Origin: Ginkgo biloba
Lineage: Eukaryota > Plantae > Ginkgophyta
Direction: 5' to 3'
Length of the DNA: 26,765 nucleotides
NCBI GenBank assembly: GCA_024626585.2
Contig: JANKJI020000004.1
Coordinates: 100,454,358-100,481,122, forward strand
Under the pieces are notes generated by a model. It worked only from the letters and a program-made list of their open reading frames with translations, made no database searches and was not told the origin of the DNA. Positions within the stretch are counted from its first letter, which is position 1; each line of letters starts with the position of its first letter. Below are positions 21,850-26,765 of this stretch, piece by piece. A program made the translations under genes and the position numbers.

Positions 21850-24800
21850 TTGATGTGTTGGATTTGATTTCAGACATCTTCTCTCGTCTCGTCCGCCGCC
21901 TCTCTACATCTGGGACCTTTTCCAGAGGTCAATTTATTATCACCTGCAACAACTGAACCGTATCCTCTTCAATGTTTTGGTATCTCAGAAGCTCCAAAAC
22001 ACTTTGCTGGCCCCAAGTAACCATATTCATTGAGCCATCCTCCAAGTGACGGTATTGATGAATCTCAATAGTTATACCCACTAAAGTAAACTAGAGACCC
22101 TAATTTTGACGTAGATATCAAACATAAATCACACTTAGAGTGTAAGTGCCTCTTCCTGCTACATATCCCACTCTACAACAACCTTAAACTTGGGCTATAT
22201 TACTCTCAATGGAAGTGTAGATTATGGAAAAAAAAATAATCCCTTCTAGCGATGATTCTAGTCTAGATGGACGTGGGGATGGAGGAGCATGGCCTTATGG
22301 TGCATTTACGTTTGTCACATCACTAGTATCCTTACCATTTTTGCTACACAATAAGACTTGCATGCAACTGCATGGAGTGATACCACCTTGCATGGCANNN
22401 NNNNNNNNNNNNNNNNNNNNNNNNNNNNNNNNNNNNNNNNNNNNNNNNNNNNNNNNNNNNNNNNNNNNNNNNNNNNNNNNNNNNNNNNNNNNNNNNNGAT
22501 CTCTTAGTACAAGAATATACCCTAATCCCCACAATCTTGGTTACGTGTATAACTCACATATTCCATGATGTTCATCCAATTTAATCAATTATATTTTCAC
22601 AATGGATAAATAATGCATGTTGACCGAATATAAAAACTTAAGTTAATTTTTAAACTACAACTATGGGTTGTAAATGGGATGGCTGTAGGAGATTTGAGAC
22701 TTTGTTAAGTTGTCATTATCTTTAGAAAATGTTTATGAAAAACTTGAAGGTTTTTAAGATCACATAATTTTTTTAATTCCTTTTATCTTGAAAAATTATG
22801 CATAAAATATATTCTTTAGAAAGCATAAAATGTATATGTAATAAAGTAAAATCATCACTAATGATTCACACCAACCAAATAAGAGAAATTTGTTAACTTT
22901 TCTATGATATATGTAGTTCATACATGCCATGATGATATTCTAAAATTTTCATCCATAACTATATTATATTTGTTAATAAAACTATATTAACAAAATGTGA
23001 CCACCTGTAGTTCAATTTATTTCCTCTAATTACATGTTTATAAAATGTGTTTGTGTGGGAGCTATGAGGTTTCATTGGATTTATAATCTATTCTAGGAGA
23101 TCCATATGGAAGATAATAAGGTAAATTTATAAGAACAATGAATGGACCGTATATAAAAATGAAGTAAGATAAATGAATGAGAAATATTAGACAATATAAT
23201 ATAAGTATGAGAAAATTAAACTTAAATAATGCATTAATGAATTGTGATATATGAAATATGCAATGGATTTATATAATAAATATTTAAATGTACACAAACC
23301 TATATGAAAACTCCTAATTCAATGATCTACATCAATGGGTGCAATTTGGATGATAATTAGAATGCCTTCAAAGACTAATAATTATATGAATGTAATTAAT
23401 AAAATACCATATAAATATTTGGTGGGTGCCTAATACATAAATTAAATATCAATAATCTACATTCCATCCATTATGATACAATATTATCTCCACATAGATA
23501 TTACACAAAAATCAATTGGAATATCATGAATGTATTGAACTATATGTAGTGATTATTTTCAATGATACCAATGTCAATGTTAACGAGGAAGGAGGAGTGA
23601 AGCGAGAAAGAGATGAGTACCATCTATGATATCAACNNNNNNNNNNNNNNNNNNNNNNNNNNNNNNNNNNNNNNNNNNNNNNNNNNNNNNNNNNNNNNNN
23701 NNNNNNNNNNNNNNNNNNNNNNNNNNNNNNNNNNNNGTCTTGGAGCATCTACGACTGGGCATGAAGATTCCTTGCCAACTATGTAAAGGGGGTCTCATGA
23801 CGCCTTGGCCGTTAGGATGATTTCATGTTGAGAACTAGTAGAGCGAAAGGGAGATGCATATATATTGTAAGAAAAAGAAAAAGAAGAGAGGAGGGAGATA
23901 GAGGAAAGTAGGAGAAACAAAAAAAAAAGGAGAGAGCGGGACCCACCATGTACTTAGAGTATGGTCAGAAACAGCAGGTGGGCACACAGATTGGGTATGA
24001 TTTGACATGTTTTGTGTAAAGGACGTTGATAATCATAAATACGAAATCCATCAACCACGTGGTGTCAGACGCGTAGCGTGTGAAGGCATGTCTAAGAATT
24101 TAAGGCTGTCTGTCACGTTGCATGGAGGGGAAATGCAGAAGAATTTTGGTAGTATGATTATTGTTAAAAATATTGTTTTAATTGTTAATTAGGGATAAAT
24201 AACATGAGGCGGAGGGCGGAGGGCGTGAGTTAAAAAAAGAGAAAACTGCGGTTCTTGAATACAAAAGATATTGTGATTTAGTGCAGATTTCCGACATGAG
24301 ATAACATTATTGCTGCGGTCTGTCTTCCAAACCAAATCAGAATCCGCGTCAATATCTGACAACAGTCGTATAACAAAAAAGAGGGCAAGAGATAGAATAA
24401 CGTCAAGGTCACGGTCAATATCATAATTGCGGCACTGATAAGGTTGACTTTGGACATGTGTGTGTTTTGGAAGAAAAATGGGCAGTCTAGGTGGGACCCT
24501 CTTAGGACTAACAACCCACGTGATTAGGGCTCGGTGCTCTAGGCTGATCGGATCTGCCAAAGAGCACATGGGTCCATGTGGACTTTGCTGCTAAGTCCTA
24601 ACCCTCCGGTTGTTCATTGGTGTGACATGCCACTTGAAACCACCACTTGAAACCAATCTCAAGTCCATGCCCTAGGGAGGATTCTATATGCCCTTTAGGG
24701 GTCCACCGAAGGGCACTGTGTCTTTAACTATATGTTGCAGTGCTCATCTTGACAGGATTGCAACATGGGAAAGTTGAAGGATGCTACCTGCGTATCTAAT

Positions 24801-25339
24801 CAAGGTGCCCATTGCTACACTCTAACGAGAGAAAACCTTTAACCTCTTCTTGGCACAAAATTGTATTTACAAAAATATTAAATAAGATGATATTATGAAA
24901 AAACGATGGGCTCTCGTGGAAACATCCAAAGCAAGAGAGACAAAGGAAGCACGAGGCTTGAAGGACAACGTGAAAGCCACGAAGTAAGAGGAATAGGAAT
25001 GTCGTAGGTCCCCCAAAGTAGGCAGCATTAGGGCCATGCCCGTCTATTGACGAAAATTCAACAACTAAAAGGACAAAATGCCCGTCAGATGACGGCAAAC
25101 CAATCAGATTCGATTCCAGGGCCAGCGTCATGGCATCAAGTCTACCGAATGCGGCATCACTTTCCGCCAGGTGACGGACAAAGTGGATTAGCGAACAACT
25201 GTAGACGTCAAATTAAATACTCTGGTGGGCTGATCTCCATGATCGTAATTGCCGTCAGCTCATTGCCATATTAAAGGAATTCAACCAATCTCTGCACAGT
25301 GTGTCCGCAGACAGACCAGAAGCGGCAACCACAGATCTC

Positions 25340-26765
25340 CATTGAAGTCCCGATAAATCTAGTCTACGAAAATTCGAGCAAAATCTTAGAAATATATGAA
25401 TTAGATTTGGGGATTGAAACCTCTTAAGATAAAGTCTCCATAGAAGTGGAAATAATGGGTGTGCCACTACTTAGATCCATGGATAATTATGGTTGAGGAG
25501 GGGAAGGAGAGATTATTCAAATACCAAAAGGGAGAGAATTCAAATATGATGTAAACTTTAATCTTAGGGAAGGATAGGAGGTTTCAAGAGGGGAAAGGTA
25601 AAAAATGGAAGGACAAAGATAAGTAATCAAATCCTAAAGATTCGAATCATTGAGAGAATAAGAGATATCATAAAAGGGANNNNNNNNNNNNNNNNNNNNN
25701 NNNNNNNNNNNNNAAATCTAAGATAACACTATTATTTGTAATGGAATCATCCTTAGAGTTTAATTTCCTTAGGATGTGGTGCCAATCAACTAAAGATAAG
25801 GTAGAGAATATATGAAGAGATGAATGGGTATTAAGATCACATTTTCAACAAGTGAAGAAGAACTAATATAAAATATCATGAGGTTTGAGTCATAAAAGAT
25901 TGAAAGGGAGTTTAAATAAAGTAGATTAGAAACCTAAATATCATGCATTAGAGATAATAATTTAGCAACATTATTGGAGATCACCCTTAAACCAATTCTG
26001 AAACAAATACTATAGCTAACTAAGGGAAAAAATAAAACCCGTCCCCCACCACTATAACCTAATTTACATTTATAGACCCCATAAAAAAATATAAGGAAAG
26101 AGATAGGATTAAGTGGAATTTATATAATCAAGGAATGAAGGGGAGTAAAAGTAAGGGAGATATGGAGAAGGGGAATAATTGAAATCTTAGAAGGCTAAGA
26201 AAAGGAGTCCCCTTTGAAAAATTGAGGCATTAAAGATAATGCTTCTTAGATTGCTATGATGGTTTTATGGACTATGACTAAAGGGTTGTTTCCTTTATTT
26301 ATAAAATTGAAGTAATTTCTTGATAACCAAATAAATCAATAGGTGAAAGGTACAATTAAAATCTAGAATTATCTTACAATATATTTTTATTAAAAAATTT
26401 TGGGTTGAGATTTGGACAAATTCCTAAGAGGGTAGGAATATCATCTTCCAAAGAGATGGAACATCTAATGGCTTATGATAAGAGGGACCAAACTACTGAG
26501 TTAAAATTATAGGAGGAGAGAAATAAGTTAGAGATAGACTCTTCATGATATTTATATAAAATGTATTTGTTTAGAAGATCCAAACCTTTTTTCTTAAGTT
26601 GTATAGAGTTAGGAGTTTATTATGGACCGTGATCTAGAAGAAGGTTGCCACTTTATTCCAAATTATGGGATTCCAAAATAGATTCCAATAACTCATTTTG
26701 GGTGGAATGGGGCCCTCCATAATATAGATTAGTGACATTAAAAATGTTGAGGTTTTTATAGCCTA
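25340..26765 (+). mobile_element. Degenerate LINE (L1-like) remnant: ORF1 traces and ORF2 endonuclease start
   Basis: MMVLWTMTKGL near 26257 (cf. xILSWNVRGL) and GVYYGP*SRRR...KLW...FWV near 26610-26710 (cf. VYGP...R..LW...W...GDFN). Purine-rich sense strand. Confidence 0.45.

Noticed and set aside
20960-22295. Short inverted similarity (CCAT.CTCCTCCA) flanking NUP188, suggesting Pack-MULE TIRs
   Set aside because: The similarity does not extend beyond about 15 nt and no TSD is seen.
23737-23830. Partial matches to miR172, miR399 and miR169 sequences
   Set aside because: Each needs large insertions or many mismatches, and there is no foldback.

Overview
Gapped (N-run) eukaryotic nuclear DNA from a seed plant; the decayed repeats suggest a large-genome gymnosperm (inference). 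About 1-14.8 kb and 25.4-26.8 kb are AT-rich, CpG-poor retroelement relics: two diverged solo-LTR-like copies, Ty3/gypsy gag-protease-RT remnants and a LINE-like remnant. The one convincing gene is a minus-strand two-pore K+ channel of the TPK2/3/5 (KCO) group. Its ATG is at 19700, the main exon runs from the gap edge at 19046 to 17504, a 300-nt GT-AG intron follows, and the last exon is 17203-17059. It has two GYGD pores, EF-hands and a 14-3-3-type motif. Its cytosolic N-terminus is unusually long and carries five tandem ~15-aa 'GTPRxSxSFV' repeats. The 5' segment is split from the rest by an AT-rich block lacking a good splice donor. Upstream lies an uninterrupted, stop-riddled copy of only the 5' ~290 codons of nucleoporin NUP188. 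Three islands remain unexplained: 15.2-15.9 kb, a TATA plus signal-peptide-like ORF at 20.3-20.5 kb, and 23.6-25.3 kb. I see no evidence of a new multi-gene system. All homology calls come from manual translation and recalled family motifs, not database searches.
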